Assembly: GCA_963662265.2 (NCBI GenBank)
Contig: CAXXHA010000009.1
Coordinates: forward strand, 1 to 59,322
Length of the DNA stretch: 59,322 nt
Direction: 5' to 3'
DNA from: Spirochaetia bacterium
Lineage (GTDB): Bacteria; Spirochaetota; Spirochaetia; CADAEX01
Shown here: positions 47,020 to 57,577 of the stretch, one piece after another
How the letters are laid out: every line of letters begins with the position of its first letter
How positions within the stretch are numbered: position 1 is the stretch's first letter
Translations under genes and position numbers: made by a program
The notes under the pieces: generated by a model
The model's database searches: none
Told to the model about the DNA's origin: nothing
What the model saw: the letters and a program-made list of their open reading frames with translations, nothing else

Positions 47020-47411
47020 TGGGGACCTGTATGCATCATAACAGACATTTTTATTCCAACGGTAAAAGGCTTTACCGTTCAAGAGAAAGGATGCTTTTCG
47101 GAGTATGCAAGGGAATAGCTGAATGGAAAGACCTCCCTGTAGGCTGGGTAAGGTTCTTTACAGTGCTGGCATTTATGAGCACAGGATTCTTTCCTGTAGG
47201 GCTGATATACCTGATTGCAGCGATAGTAATACCGATTGAACCGCCGGGGTACTACAGAAACAGCAGCCATGATTCTTCATTCAGTCACAATGATTATGAC
47301 GACAGATTTGATTCTTCAGACAGGTATGATGAGGGGAAATATAAAAGGCGTTATGACAACGAAGATGACTGGGACAGACGTTTCTCGAGAAAAAAAAGGG
47401 GGGATCAGTAA
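47019..47411 (+). CDS. pspC: PspC-domain membrane protein
   Basis: KRLYRSRERMLFGVCKGIAE, a hydrophobic segment ending YLIAAIVIP, and an acidic tail; TAATG overlap with pspA. Confidence 0.9.
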   Translation: MGTCMHHNRHFYSNGKRLYRSRERMLFGVCKGIAEWKDLPVGWVRFFTVLAFMSTGFFPVGLIYLIAAIVIPIEPPGYYRNSSHDSSFSHNDYDDRFDSSDRYDEGKYKRRYDNEDDWDRRFSRKKRGDQ

Positions 47412-47416
47412 TATAA

Positions 47417-48016
47417 ATGTCAAAGAAAGAGGTCAGGGTAAAAACTGAAAAAGATAAAAACACAGACAAGTCAGTTTTTTCTATTGATTATTTCAGCTCT
47501 CCTGATAAGGAAAATACAAGGTTTAATCTGTATTCTTATCTGATGGAAAGCAGAAATACAGTTCTTCACATAAATACAAACATGTCAGCTTCAGTAAGCC
47601 CTGAGAAAGACAGGGACAATGTAATAGCTTTGAGAGATATGTGCAGTGAAGATAATTTTGACTTCTATATGGCTCCTGCAGCCCGGGAAAACAGCGGCGG
47701 TTTCCTGGGCAAATTTTTAAACAAGGAGGGAAACAAGCATACCGCCTATAATATCCTGATAAATATTCCTGAAAAAACCTTTAACAGGGATATATTTGAC
47801 AGATATATGTGCAGCTATTTTATCAGGCTTGGAATCGGTTTTGAAACTGACAAATATGACAGTATCAAGTCTGATTTCCAGACAGGGCTTCTTGTCCCGG
47901 ATGAATTCTACAGGGTATTTGAATATGATCTTTTTGATGCCTTTGAATTCAATCACATAAAGCTTATTTCAGATACAGTTTCAAAAACAGAGCTGGAAAG
48001 GATCTTTTCAAAATAA
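47417..48016 (+). CDS. Hypothetical soluble protein, likely co-transcribed with pspAC
   Basis: 199-aa ORF starting 5 nt after the pspC stop; no motif recognised. Confidence 0.7.
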   Translation: MSKKEVRVKTEKDKNTDKSVFSIDYFSSPDKENTRFNLYSYLMESRNTVLHINTNMSASVSPEKDRDNVIALRDMCSEDNFDFYMAPAARENSGGFLGKFLNKEGNKHTAYNILINIPEKTFNRDIFDRYMCSYFIRLGIGFETDKYDSIKSDFQTGLLVPDEFYRVFEYDLFDAFEFNHIKLISDTVSKTELERIFSK

Positions 48017-48224
48017 CAAAGAGAATTATTCCCTTTAAAAACTTATCACCCCTTTTAAAATCAATATTGCTGTTTCCTTTCAAAATCTTTAAAATAAGAC
48101 AATATCACAGGGTAAACTTACAATATTTTATAGTTGCCATGATAGCAAACTGAAATCCTGTTTTAATCTGCGGATGATCTGAATATTCCGCCTGATTTCA
48201 GCAAACAATATTCAGAGGAAAAAA

Positions 48225-49007
48225 ATGAACAACCTTACAGAAAGTTTCAGCAATTTCTACGAAATAATTACAAGACTCAGGAGTCCTGAAGGATGTCCAT
48301 GGGACAGAAAGCAGACAGCAGAGACACTCAAAGGAAACCTGCTTGAAGAATCCTATGAATGTATCGAGGCAATTTCAAACAGGGATGATGCACATATACG
48401 TGAAGAACTCGGAGATGTTCTACTGCTGATCGGGATGATAAGCCGGATCAAGGAGGAGGAAGGAAGCTTTACCTTTTCCGAGGTGATAGATGAAGTATCT
48501 GAAAAGCTTGTAAGGCGGCATCCCCATGTTTTCGGTGAAGATAAAATAAACGATGCAGATGAAGTTAAAAAGAAGTGGGAAGAGATTAAAAAGAATGTAG
48601 AGAAAAAAGACAAATCACTCCTGGACGGGATATCGAAAAACATGCCCCCCCTTGAAAGGGCCTACAGGTTCCAGAAAAAGGCATCTGGAGCAGGATTTGA
48701 CTGGATAGATACAGAAAGTGTATGGAACAAGGTTTATGAGGAACTTGAAGAATTCAGGGATGAAAGCATAAATTCAGACCAGGACAGGATGGAAGAGGAA
48801 TTCGGAGACTTCCTTTTTTCAATCGTCAATATCGGAAGATTCATGAAAATAGATCCCGCAATTGCTCTTCACAGGACAAATGAAAAATTCCTTAGGCGTT
48901 TCCAGCATGTCGAAAAAAACATGGAAAAGGAAAACATGGAGCTTGGGGCTGAAAATTTCGATAAAATGGATGCCTTATGGGATGAGGCTAAAGAGCTTGA
49001 GAAATAA
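48225..49007 (+). CDS. mazG: Nucleoside triphosphate pyrophosphohydrolase MazG
   Basis: LRSPEGCPWDRKQT, EELGDVL, KLVRRHPHVF, GFDW and EEEFGDFLF. Confidence 0.95.
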   Translation: MNNLTESFSNFYEIITRLRSPEGCPWDRKQTAETLKGNLLEESYECIEAISNRDDAHIREELGDVLLLIGMISRIKEEEGSFTFSEVIDEVSEKLVRRHPHVFGEDKINDADEVKKKWEEIKKNVEKKDKSLLDGISKNMPPLERAYRFQKKASGAGFDWIDTESVWNKVYEELEEFRDESINSDQDRMEEEFGDFLFSIVNIGRFMKIDPAIALHRTNEKFLRRFQHVEKNMEKENMELGAENFDKMDALWDEAKELEK

Positions 49008-49013
49008 AATATT

Positions 49014-49047
49014 AAATAAAACCCACCGCAAAAAAGGGTGGGTTTGT
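49014..49047. terminator. Bidirectional terminator between mazG and the radical SAM gene
   Basis: AAACCCACC...GGTGGGTTT stem between convergent genes. Confidence 0.75.
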
Positions 49048-49075
49048 CATTATACTGGATCAGTTTATAAATGAT

Positions 49076-51757
49076 TTAATCAATATTCCTGTAAAAATCG
49101 AGAAAACTGCCCATCCCTGTATCTTTCCATGATGCATAATTCTCAAGAACTGCCACATCGACACGGGAAAGAGGATATTCACTCTCTGTAAGCTCTTTAA
49201 GCATCTTGAAAAGGTTTCCCTTTTTATTGCCCGGCTTTATTACTGTATCAATACATTCATCTTTAACAGATGCACATACAAACTCTGAAAGCTCATTCTC
49301 TTCTATGTATTTTTCAATTTTTTCATATAATTCAGAAACATTACTGCTTTTAATCAGGTATCGTGTTCCTGAATAGAGAGACATGAGAGAATATATCTTG
49401 TCTCCCCGGTTTATTTTATAAATTACAGTGTCCCTGATCTTCATCCCCTCAGGCAGGGCTGCATTCATTTTATCAATAAAAATTTCAGGATTAATTTCAT
49501 CTTTAAGCTCTACCGATGCAATTTCGGCCAGAGATTCCACTCCGAGTGAAAGGGGATGTGCGAATTCTATCCTGGGTTTAGGGTTGAATCCCTGGGTATA
49601 GTTAAGCTCAAGACGGCTTCTCAGGAAAGATTTCTCAAAGACACGGAGAACATTGAGATGTCCAAGGTAAATCTGTTTATCTCTCTTTTCGAATGAGAAA
49701 ACAGCCCTGTACCTGACCTTTTTTGCGTTTTTGTTGGCCTTTTCAGAAAGTTCCTTCATTCTTCTTTTTTTATCAGAAATTTGCTGAACTTCTTTTCCTG
49801 TTTCTGATTCAGGGCTGTTTCCTTCATTATTTTCAGGGTTTTCTTTTTCTGTAAAAGCTGCAGCTGATGACTCATTTTCAGGAGATGATATATCCTTTTC
49901 AGAAGTGTTTTTATTAAAGCTTTCATTATTTTCAGCCTGGTGATTTTCAGCATCAGCATCAGATGGAAGATCAAAAGCCTGGTCCCTCCGGTTTACAACT
50001 TTAACGTCCTTTCCACATATCCCGCAGTTGTGGTCACACTCATCATCACATACAGGGGTGAGAACCTTTTCTTCAGACCTTTTATATTCTTTTTTATAAT
50101 AGCTGCTGCTTACGCCCATGCTGATGCTGTTCCAGGGGAGTATCTCATCATCTTCCCTTTCCCTGCATGTTTCCTTTTCAACATCCCAGTCCTGGCTTTC
50201 AATCACTTCGCGCCAGATTTTTCGGTCAACATACTCTTCCCAGGCATCGAGCCTCGCCCCCTTCCTGTATGCCTGGAGAAGGAGATCCCCCGCCCTTTCA
50301 TCGCCTCTTGAGAATATCCCTTCAAGAAACGACATAAACGGTGAATGGAATCCCAGCTTTATGTTTCTCTTTTTGAGGTTGTTCTTGATTTTATATATTC
50401 TCTCAAGTGCATCCTCCTCATATAACTGATGTGATCTCTGGTAGGGAGTATGAGCCTTTGGAATAAATGTTCCTATATTCACATTCAGGTTCATTTTTGT
50501 CTCATCATGGACCCTGAACAGAAAATCAAGAATCATATCTGTCTCATCCTCCCCTCCTGACGGGGGAAGGCCGATCATGAAGTAGAATTTTGCGACTCTC
50601 CATCCGGCTGCCTTTGCTTCTTTAATAACATCAATTGTCTGCTCAATATTTACTTCCTTGTTAAGTCCTCTCTGCCATTGAGGGTCAGGTGTTTCAACAG
50701 CAAAGGTCAGGCCGCTTTTTCTAACCGCGCTTAACCCCTTTAAGAGGGGAAGTGTGAAACTGTTCAGCTTGAGGGAGGGAAGAGCAAAGGAAACTCCATG
50801 CGATGAATACCTGCTGTTCAATGAAGTTATAACTTCAGATATTGTACTGTAATCGCCTGATGAAAGAGATGAGAGAGTTATCACCCTGTAGCCGCAGTTA
50901 AATACAAGATCGTCAATCTCTTCAGCTATGGCAGTGAATTCCTTTTCCCTTTTAGGCCTGTAATAAATTCCGGCATGACAGAATCTGCATCCGTTTGGAC
51001 ACCCTCTCATCACTTCCACAACACCGTGGTCCTGTACAGACTGCACAGATGGAACCGGATAATGGGAAACACCCTTGTGCTGAATTTCTGATCCGAAATC
51101 ACCCCAGATATCCCTTTTAACCTTTTCCTTCTTTCCCGCATGCCAGATACAGCTGAAGCTCCCTATAAACTCGCATATTTCAGCCCGGGAGGCATTTTTC
51201 ATTTTAAGGGAGTAGACCCCTTCAAGAATTTCAGTAAGAGTCTTCTCAGCCTCGCCAATATAAAAGAAATCGATAAAACTGCCGTAAGGTACAGGATTTG
51301 TCACTCCAGGCCCGCCTGCAATCACGACAGGATGGTTTTCATTTCTTTCACTGTTTAGAAGCGGTATCCCCCCTGTATCAAGAATTGATAGTACATTTGT
51401 GGCTGTCAGTTCATATCCGAATGAAAAAGCCATAATATCAAGTTCATGAAGAGGTGTTCTGCTTTCCAGCGAATAGAGCGGGACATTGTATTGGCGAAGC
51501 ATCTTTTCAAAATCCGGTGCAGGGGCAAATACCCTTCCGCATGTGAATTTTTCATTGCTGTTAAGCATGTTGTAGAGGATTTTAACTGCATTGTTTGACA
51601 TACCTATCTCATAAAGATCAGGATATGTTACTGCAATATTCAGCTTATCATCAGAAGGTTCAATATTATATGAACCGAACTCTCCCCCTGAATATCTTCC
51701 CGGATTATCAACCCTCATGAGTATGTTTTTTATATCTGAAACTGCAACTGTTGTCAT
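49076..51757 (-). CDS. TIGR03960-type radical SAM protein fused to a TIGR03936/DUF2344 domain
   Basis: PGRYSGGE, YPDLYEIGMSN, RGCPNGCRFC (CxxxCxxC) and KFYFMIGLP; C-terminal YLGHL...YTQGFNPKPRIEFAHPLSLGVES. Confidence 0.88.
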   Translation of the reverse strand: MTTVAVSDIKNILMRVDNPGRYSGGEFGSYNIEPSDDKLNIAVTYPDLYEIGMSNNAVKILYNMLNSNEKFTCGRVFAPAPDFEKMLRQYNVPLYSLESRTPLHELDIMAFSFGYELTATNVLSILDTGGIPLLNSERNENHPVVIAGGPGVTNPVPYGSFIDFFYIGEAEKTLTEILEGVYSLKMKNASRAEICEFIGSFSCIWHAGKKEKVKRDIWGDFGSEIQHKGVSHYPVPSVQSVQDHGVVEVMRGCPNGCRFCHAGIYYRPKREKEFTAIAEEIDDLVFNCGYRVITLSSLSSGDYSTISEVITSLNSRYSSHGVSFALPSLKLNSFTLPLLKGLSAVRKSGLTFAVETPDPQWQRGLNKEVNIEQTIDVIKEAKAAGWRVAKFYFMIGLPPSGGEDETDMILDFLFRVHDETKMNLNVNIGTFIPKAHTPYQRSHQLYEEDALERIYKIKNNLKKRNIKLGFHSPFMSFLEGIFSRGDERAGDLLLQAYRKGARLDAWEEYVDRKIWREVIESQDWDVEKETCREREDDEILPWNSISMGVSSSYYKKEYKRSEEKVLTPVCDDECDHNCGICGKDVKVVNRRDQAFDLPSDADAENHQAENNESFNKNTSEKDISSPENESSAAAFTEKENPENNEGNSPESETGKEVQQISDKKRRMKELSEKANKNAKKVRYRAVFSFEKRDKQIYLGHLNVLRVFEKSFLRSRLELNYTQGFNPKPRIEFAHPLSLGVESLAEIASVELKDEINPEIFIDKMNAALPEGMKIRDTVIYKINRGDKIYSLMSLYSGTRYLIKSSNVSELYEKIEKYIEENELSEFVCASVKDECIDTVIKPGNKKGNLFKMLKELTESEYPLSRVDVAVLENYASWKDTGMGSFLDFYRNID

Positions 51758-51939
51758 TCTATTTTCCCGAAATATAATAACAGGTCTGTATTTTTTACTG
51801 ACCTGTAAAAATATAATAATTTTATTGTTTATTCTGAATAATCAGCACTGTTTTTAAATTTTCATACGACTATAGTAATGAGATCTGTTATTTTTATCAC
51901 AATTTTCATTAAATGGATAGAATTCCAGCTGCCTGCTTT

Positions 51940-53250
51940 TCAGTATCTGTAGCGCCTGAAATAGACATTAATAAGAAGTCCTGTACCTATCATGGCTGTC
52001 CAGAGAGATGATCCCCCGTATGAGAGGAAAAGCAGAGGAATACCTGTTATAGGCATTATCCCCATAGCCATGCCTATGTTGACAATGAAATGAAAAAAGA
52101 CCATTGCAACAACACCTGCGGCAATGAATGATCCGAACCTGTCTTTTGCAGCACCGATTATTATTATTCCCCTTATTATAATAACAAGAAACAGCAGAAA
52201 AATAACAAGAGACCCTGCAAAACCAAGCTCTTCAGCCATGATTGAAAATATGAAATCAGTAGTCTGCTGGGGAAGATACCTGTAATGGCTCTGTGTACCG
52301 TTCAGAAATCCTTTTCCCCACACACCTCCGGAGCCTACAGCTGTAATAGACTGAATAATATTCCATCCAGCACCCTTGGGATCAATATAGGGATCGAGAA
52401 AAACAATGAGTCTCATGATCTGGTATGACTTGAGCACTTTCTGGGCAGCAAGTGATCCGAGCATTGAAATAGACATGATTGAAGATGAATACATTATCCA
52501 GTAGTAATACCGCTTTTTAGCTATATAATAACCGGTCAGTGATATGGCAGATACTGCTATAAAAGTCAGCAGTATATAAAGATATATGTTGCTGGCGGAA
52601 ATTACAGATATGATCTTCCGGGTGTTTTCGGCAGCAAAATCCTCCCAGACAGGTATAATCACAAGTATAATCATCACAGATCCTGTCAGCAGAAGATACA
52701 TTATGTGACGGAGTGATGATCCTGCAATATATGCAGTTATAAGAAAAATAGGAATATATACAAGCGCTGTACCCATATCAGGCTGTACCAGGATAAGCAT
52801 CATCGGTATGAGTGTAATTATAAAGCCTTTGATAAATGTCTGAAGCTCCCTGACATCTTTTTTATGAGCTGAATAAAATGATGAGAGCATGAGTATTGTA
52901 GCAATCTTTGCAAATTCCGACGGCTGTATCCCGAAATCCATAATTCCAAGCCAGGATCTTGCCCCGTTTACCTTGTTGCCGGCAAAAAGGGTAACTACAA
53001 GGAGGAATATAAAGAATACATACAGGTATACAGAATAATCCTGGACTTTCTTGTAGTTGAAAACAATTACAGTAATTAAAACTGCAACTCCAAGGACAGC
53101 CCAGACAATCTGCTTTATATATTCATTTGATACAACTGAACCGTCAGATGCGACACAGCTGGAATAAATAAAAAAGATACCTGTTACTACAAGAGACATT
53201 ACGCTTAAAAGTATATAGAAATCAAAACTGCCGCTGTATTTTCCTCTCAT
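51940..53250 (-). CDS. rodA: Rod shape-determining protein RodA (SEDS)
   Basis: GARSW, IQPSEFAK, QPDMGT, TDFIFSIMAEELG and PITGIPLLFLSYGGSS. Confidence 0.96.
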   Translation of the reverse strand: MRGKYSGSFDFYILLSVMSLVVTGIFFIYSSCVASDGSVVSNEYIKQIVWAVLGVAVLITVIVFNYKKVQDYSVYLYVFFIFLLVVTLFAGNKVNGARSWLGIMDFGIQPSEFAKIATILMLSSFYSAHKKDVRELQTFIKGFIITLIPMMLILVQPDMGTALVYIPIFLITAYIAGSSLRHIMYLLLTGSVMIILVIIPVWEDFAAENTRKIISVISASNIYLYILLTFIAVSAISLTGYYIAKKRYYYWIMYSSSIMSISMLGSLAAQKVLKSYQIMRLIVFLDPYIDPKGAGWNIIQSITAVGSGGVWGKGFLNGTQSHYRYLPQQTTDFIFSIMAEELGFAGSLVIFLLFLVIIIRGIIIIGAAKDRFGSFIAAGVVAMVFFHFIVNIGMAMGIMPITGIPLLFLSYGGSSLWTAMIGTGLLINVYFRRYRY

Positions 53251-55124
53251 TCTACCCTTCCGCTTACAGGATGCTTGTTATTTCTCAGGTACCATAGGTT
53301 AAGATCATCAACAGCTTCCTCATATGTCTGATCAGCGAAAATACCCTGGAAAATAACATTACAGGCCTTTCCGGCCCACCATTCCCATTCATTCTCCGCT
53401 TCAACCATGACAACAACCACAACCTGCTCATCAGGATCCTCGGCGCCGTATGGGCCGTAGGATGCAAACCAACTTGTCCATCTGTCTTTATAGCCTACCT
53501 CTCCTGTTCCTGTCTTACCTGCAATCTCAACCGCATCTGTTGTCATTATTACCCTTGCAGTACCCTTCGTTATAACTTCCCTCATATTTCTCTTCACTTT
53601 GCTGAAAGTTTCCTTTCTTATCAGCGAATTATGCAGAAGCTGAGGTTCCACCTCCTCTATAACTTCCCCTGTAACCGGATCACGCACCTGCTTGAGAAGG
53701 TGGGGAACATAATTCACGCCGTCATTTACAACCATGGCTATTGAATTTGCCACCTGTACAGGAGTTGTCTGAAGAGAACCCTGACCTATTGAAATATTAT
53801 ATGTGTCGCCGCCTACCCATGGAGTGTGATATGTTGATTCCTTCCAGGAAGGGGTCGGAACAAGCCCTTTTGATTCACCGGGCAGATCAATACCTGTTTT
53901 CTCTCCGAAACCGAAACGTCTTGAATATTCAACTATTTTATCAATACCCAGATACTCCCTTCCGACTGTCCAGAAATAAACATCGCAGGATTCCGCAAGC
54001 GCTTCCTTCAGGTTGAGCTTCCCGTGCCCTGTCTTCTTGTGGCAGTTAAAAAGCCTGTCGCCGAGCCAGATCTTTCCTGTACAGTCAATCTCCTCTTCTT
54101 CGGGAAATATCTCCTCCTCGATAATTGCTGCAGTCATAACAATCTTGAAAACTGATGCTGGAGCATATGAAGACTGTACCGGCCTGTTCAGGAAAGGATA
54201 CTTTGAATCAAGTGAAAGTTCCTTGTAGTACCTGCTGCTTTCATCAGTATAGAAAATATTCGGATTATAAGATGGATAGGAAACAAGAGCCAGGATTTCC
54301 CCGGTTCCCGGTTTCATCACAACTACAGAACCCATCCTCTTTCCAAGCGCTTTCTCGCAGAGTTCCTGAACATGCCTGTCAATCGTCAGCACAAGATTCT
54401 TACCCAGCACAGGAGGTTTCTCCATATAGGCGCTATCCCCGATCTGGCGCCCCCTTACATCTACAGTATTATACCTGATTCCCTCTTTCCCTCTCAGGTA
54501 TGAATCATACTGCTTTTCAAGACCGCTTTTCCCCAGTTCCGAGTTGGGAGCATAGCCCTTGTTATAAAGCTCCTGTATCTCCTCCCTCGTGATATCTCCC
54601 ACATATCCCAGTACATGAGATATTGAACCGGTTGCAGTGTAGTTCCTTATCGGCTTACTTCTCCAGATTATACCGGGGAACTTATCCTTGTGCTCTGCCA
54701 GGTACAGTATTTTTTCATATTCCACATTATCCCTTATTTCGACAGGGTTGTAGTAGTTTTTATATCTTGAAGGAATAACAGCATCAATATCCTCTGGACT
54801 CATATTAAGCACTTCTGAAAGCTCTTCAAGAATACTTTCTATATCATCCGGAAGGTTTGCAGGGATCACCTCAACAGCAAAAGAGTCAACATTCATTACA
54901 AGGGGCGTATCATAGTTTCTGTCGAAAATCTCTCCCCTCTGAGTGGGAATAACCTGCTCCCGTCTTGCAACATCTCTTGCCCGTTTCTTGTATTCACCGC
55001 CCTGAATAATCTGCAGCGAAAAAAGATGCACTGAATAGACAGTAAATACAGAGACAATAATAAGGGAAAGGACTATCATCCTTATTTTAAGAGATTCTTT
55101 AAGAGAAAATTCCCGCTGCGGCAA
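53247..55124 (-). CDS. mrdA: Penicillin-binding protein 2
   Basis: RGEIFDRN, GKSGLEKQY, SVFK (SxxK), SCD and KTGT; located in the mre operon. Confidence 0.95.
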   Translation of the reverse strand: MPQREFSLKESLKIRMIVLSLIIVSVFTVYSVHLFSLQIIQGGEYKKRARDVARREQVIPTQRGEIFDRNYDTPLVMNVDSFAVEVIPANLPDDIESILEELSEVLNMSPEDIDAVIPSRYKNYYNPVEIRDNVEYEKILYLAEHKDKFPGIIWRSKPIRNYTATGSISHVLGYVGDITREEIQELYNKGYAPNSELGKSGLEKQYDSYLRGKEGIRYNTVDVRGRQIGDSAYMEKPPVLGKNLVLTIDRHVQELCEKALGKRMGSVVVMKPGTGEILALVSYPSYNPNIFYTDESSRYYKELSLDSKYPFLNRPVQSSYAPASVFKIVMTAAIIEEEIFPEEEEIDCTGKIWLGDRLFNCHKKTGHGKLNLKEALAESCDVYFWTVGREYLGIDKIVEYSRRFGFGEKTGIDLPGESKGLVPTPSWKESTYHTPWVGGDTYNISIGQGSLQTTPVQVANSIAMVVNDGVNYVPHLLKQVRDPVTGEVIEEVEPQLLHNSLIRKETFSKVKRNMREVITKGTARVIMTTDAVEIAGKTGTGEVGYKDRWTSWFASYGPYGAEDPDEQVVVVVMVEAENEWEWWAGKACNVIFQGIFADQTYEEAVDDLNLWYLRNNKHPVSGRVE

Positions 55125-55631
55125 TCAGATCCCCCTGTCGTCAATCCTGTACAGCTTAAAAAGCTTCATGAGGGCAAACACAAACGGTGCTGCAACAGAA
55201 TTGAGAAGAATTTCAATACCGAATCTTGAAGTAAAAACCATAGGCGCATTTCCCGACTTCAGAAAAAGGGAAGCTACAAGAACAGCAAAAAACCCTTTGA
55301 GAAGTGTGGCAACTGCAGCAAGTATTACAGGAAAGAGAATCGGGTCGAAATATACTTTATTACGTGTCAATCCCAGGATAAAGCCCATAACTGTTTTAAT
55401 CATGCAGTTGAATCCGAGAGGAGAAAGACTGATAAAGTCTTCAGTCAAACCTGAGGCAAAACCGCAGAGCTGCCCCTCCATACGTCCCCTGGAATTCGCA
55501 TAAAATATAATAATAACAAGACCGAGGTCCGGAAGTATAATATCCTTGAAAAAAGTTCTTACAACTGTACTTTCAATAACTGTTACCGCAATAAGCAGCA
55601 CAATAATAAGTAATAGGTTTTTTTTATTCAT
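55125..55631 (-). CDS. mreD: Rod shape-determining protein MreD
   Basis: Hydrophobic 168-aa protein with PDL and GFASGLTEDFISLSPLG, between mreC and mrdA. Confidence 0.92.
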   Translation of the reverse strand: MNKKNLLLIIVLLIAVTVIESTVVRTFFKDIILPDLGLVIIIFYANSRGRMEGQLCGFASGLTEDFISLSPLGFNCMIKTVMGFILGLTRNKVYFDPILFPVILAAVATLLKGFFAVLVASLFLKSGNAPMVFTSRFGIEILLNSVAAPFVFALMKLFKLYRIDDRGI

Positions 55632-56484
55632 TGGCGCCTGTATCCTGTTTCAAAATAAAAACATATTCAAGCCTGGAAAAATCAACTGTCGGTTCAATTT
55701 CCAGCTGCAGAGATGTTTCATACTCCCTTGCGCTGATGCTTCTCACCCTTCCTATATATATCCCTTTAGGATATATTGACTCCATTCCCGAGGTGATTAC
55801 AAGGTCACCGTAACTGATTCTTTCCTTGCCGTTTTTATTTACATAACTCATCAATATACTGTTCTTTGAATTGCTGCTCCCGTTTATAAGCCCTTCATAC
55901 CTCAAATTCTGAAGACGGGCAGCTGCGTAGAAAGATTTATCATAGAGGGGTACTACTTTTGATGATGAATATCCTGTTTCAACAACTCTTCCCACAAGTC
56001 CCTGAAATCCTTCGTAAAAAGCAACAACAGGCATATCCTTTACAACGCCGTCTTTCTGCCCCTTGTCAATTATAAGTGTATTGAATATATTCCCGGGATC
56101 ACTTCCTATGATTACAGCAGGTATTTTTTCAACAGCTGAATTTTTTTCAAAACCAAGCTGCTTCCTGAGTTCAGTATTTTCCCTTTCTATTTCCCGGTAA
56201 TTTTTCTCGAGAGACTCGTATTCGGCAATCCGTTTAATTAATTTACTGTATTCAGACCTGACTCTTTTCAGTTCGCTTATGGAATTCAGTGTACCGGAAA
56301 AAAAACCGGCAGTATATGTAAAACCTTTCTGAAAGACAGAAACAAACGACAATCCAAGCTCGGAAGGTTTTAGAGCATCCTTGGAACGTGAGTCTGTAAC
56401 AAGCAATAATGTATTAATCAACAAAAGCAGGACAAAAACTATAGCATTTTTTTTTGTCCTGCCCTTTTCCCTTAAATTAAGCAT
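55624..56484 (-). CDS. mreC: Rod shape-determining protein MreC
   Basis: TM, coiled coil ENTELRKQL, IDKGQKDGV, GLVGRV and VITSG...YPKGIYIG. Confidence 0.95.
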   Translation of the reverse strand: MLNLREKGRTKKNAIVFVLLLLINTLLLVTDSRSKDALKPSELGLSFVSVFQKGFTYTAGFFSGTLNSISELKRVRSEYSKLIKRIAEYESLEKNYREIERENTELRKQLGFEKNSAVEKIPAVIIGSDPGNIFNTLIIDKGQKDGVVKDMPVVAFYEGFQGLVGRVVETGYSSSKVVPLYDKSFYAAARLQNLRYEGLINGSSNSKNSILMSYVNKNGKERISYGDLVITSGMESIYPKGIYIGRVRSISAREYETSLQLEIEPTVDFSRLEYVFILKQDTGANE

Positions 56485-56488
56485 ATTA

Positions 56489-57529
56489 CTAATTTATACT
56501 GTTATAAATTGCCCGGTCAGATGAACTTTTTGCATGCTCAAAATACATACCAGCTCCGAGTGCAACACAGAGAAGAGGATCTTCCGCAAGGATTACAGGG
56601 ACCCCTGTTTCCTTGGAAATAAGGGTCGGAAGCCCAGCAAGAAGCGATCCGCCTCCTGTCATTACAATACCTCTTTCAACAATATCTGCTGCAAGTTCAG
56701 GAGGAGTCTGGCCAAGTGTCCTTTTTATCTCCTCGATAACTGCATTTACCGGCTCCTGGAGAGATTCCCTCACTTCGATTGAATCCATCTCGAGTCTCCT
56801 TGGAAGCCCTGTTATTGCATCAGTTCCCTTTATTTCCATTCTTTCAATCTTCTTATCTGAATATGCATTACCTATTTTCATTTTCAGGTTCTCTGCAGTT
56901 GTTTCACCGATAATAAGATTATGCACGCTTCTTACATGCTTTATAATAGCTTCATCAAACTCATCGCCACCAAGCCTGATTGCGTTACTTACAACCATAC
57001 CTCCGAGAGATATTACGGAAATCTCAGTAGTTCCTCCCCCGATATCACAGACCATGTGACCTGCAGGTTCAAATATAGGGATATTGGCACCGATTGCCGC
57101 AGCAAGAGATTCCTCAATAACCTTAACTTCTCTTGCGCCTGACTTATAAGCGCACTCTTCGACTGCTCTTCTTTCAACCTCTGTGATACAGCTCGGCACA
57201 CCTATAACCATTCGGGGTTTTACAAACCACCTCTTGGGCATAACCTTCATAATAAAATATCTGATCATTTTTTCTGTTGTTTCAAGATCAGCGATAACTC
57301 CGTCTCTCAAGGGACGGATTGCGATTATATCTCCAGGTGTTTTCCAGAGCATCTTCTTGGCATCAGAACCTACTGAAACAACTTTTTTTGTTCCGCGCTC
57401 AACAGCAACAACAGAAGGTTCACTTATTACAACACCTTTACCCCGTATATAAACAAGAGTGTTACATGTACCAAGATCAATTCCTATATCCGATGTAAAT
57501 GCATTTGCAATATTGCCGCCAAAACCCAT
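56489..57529 (-). CDS. mreB: Actin-like rod shape-determining protein MreB
   Basis: [33 protein letters not shown] and TGGGSLL. Confidence 0.98.
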   Translation of the reverse strand: MGFGGNIANAFTSDIGIDLGTCNTLVYIRGKGVVISEPSVVAVERGTKKVVSVGSDAKKMLWKTPGDIIAIRPLRDGVIADLETTEKMIRYFIMKVMPKRWFVKPRMVIGVPSCITEVERRAVEECAYKSGAREVKVIEESLAAAIGANIPIFEPAGHMVCDIGGGTTEISVISLGGMVVSNAIRLGGDEFDEAIIKHVRSVHNLIIGETTAENLKMKIGNAYSDKKIERMEIKGTDAITGLPRRLEMDSIEVRESLQEPVNAVIEEIKRTLGQTPPELAADIVERGIVMTGGGSLLAGLPTLISKETGVPVILAEDPLLCVALGAGMYFEHAKSSSDRAIYNSIN

Positions 57530-57577
57530 ATAACCCTCCCGGTTTCTTTTATAATTTATTTCACTTTAAGCTTTTAC

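Noticed and set aside
48105-48150. c-di-GMP-I (GEMM) riboswitch before mazG
   Set aside because: CACAGGGTAAAC and GCAAAC resemble fragments, but there is no GNRA-capped P2 or receptor helix in the right order.
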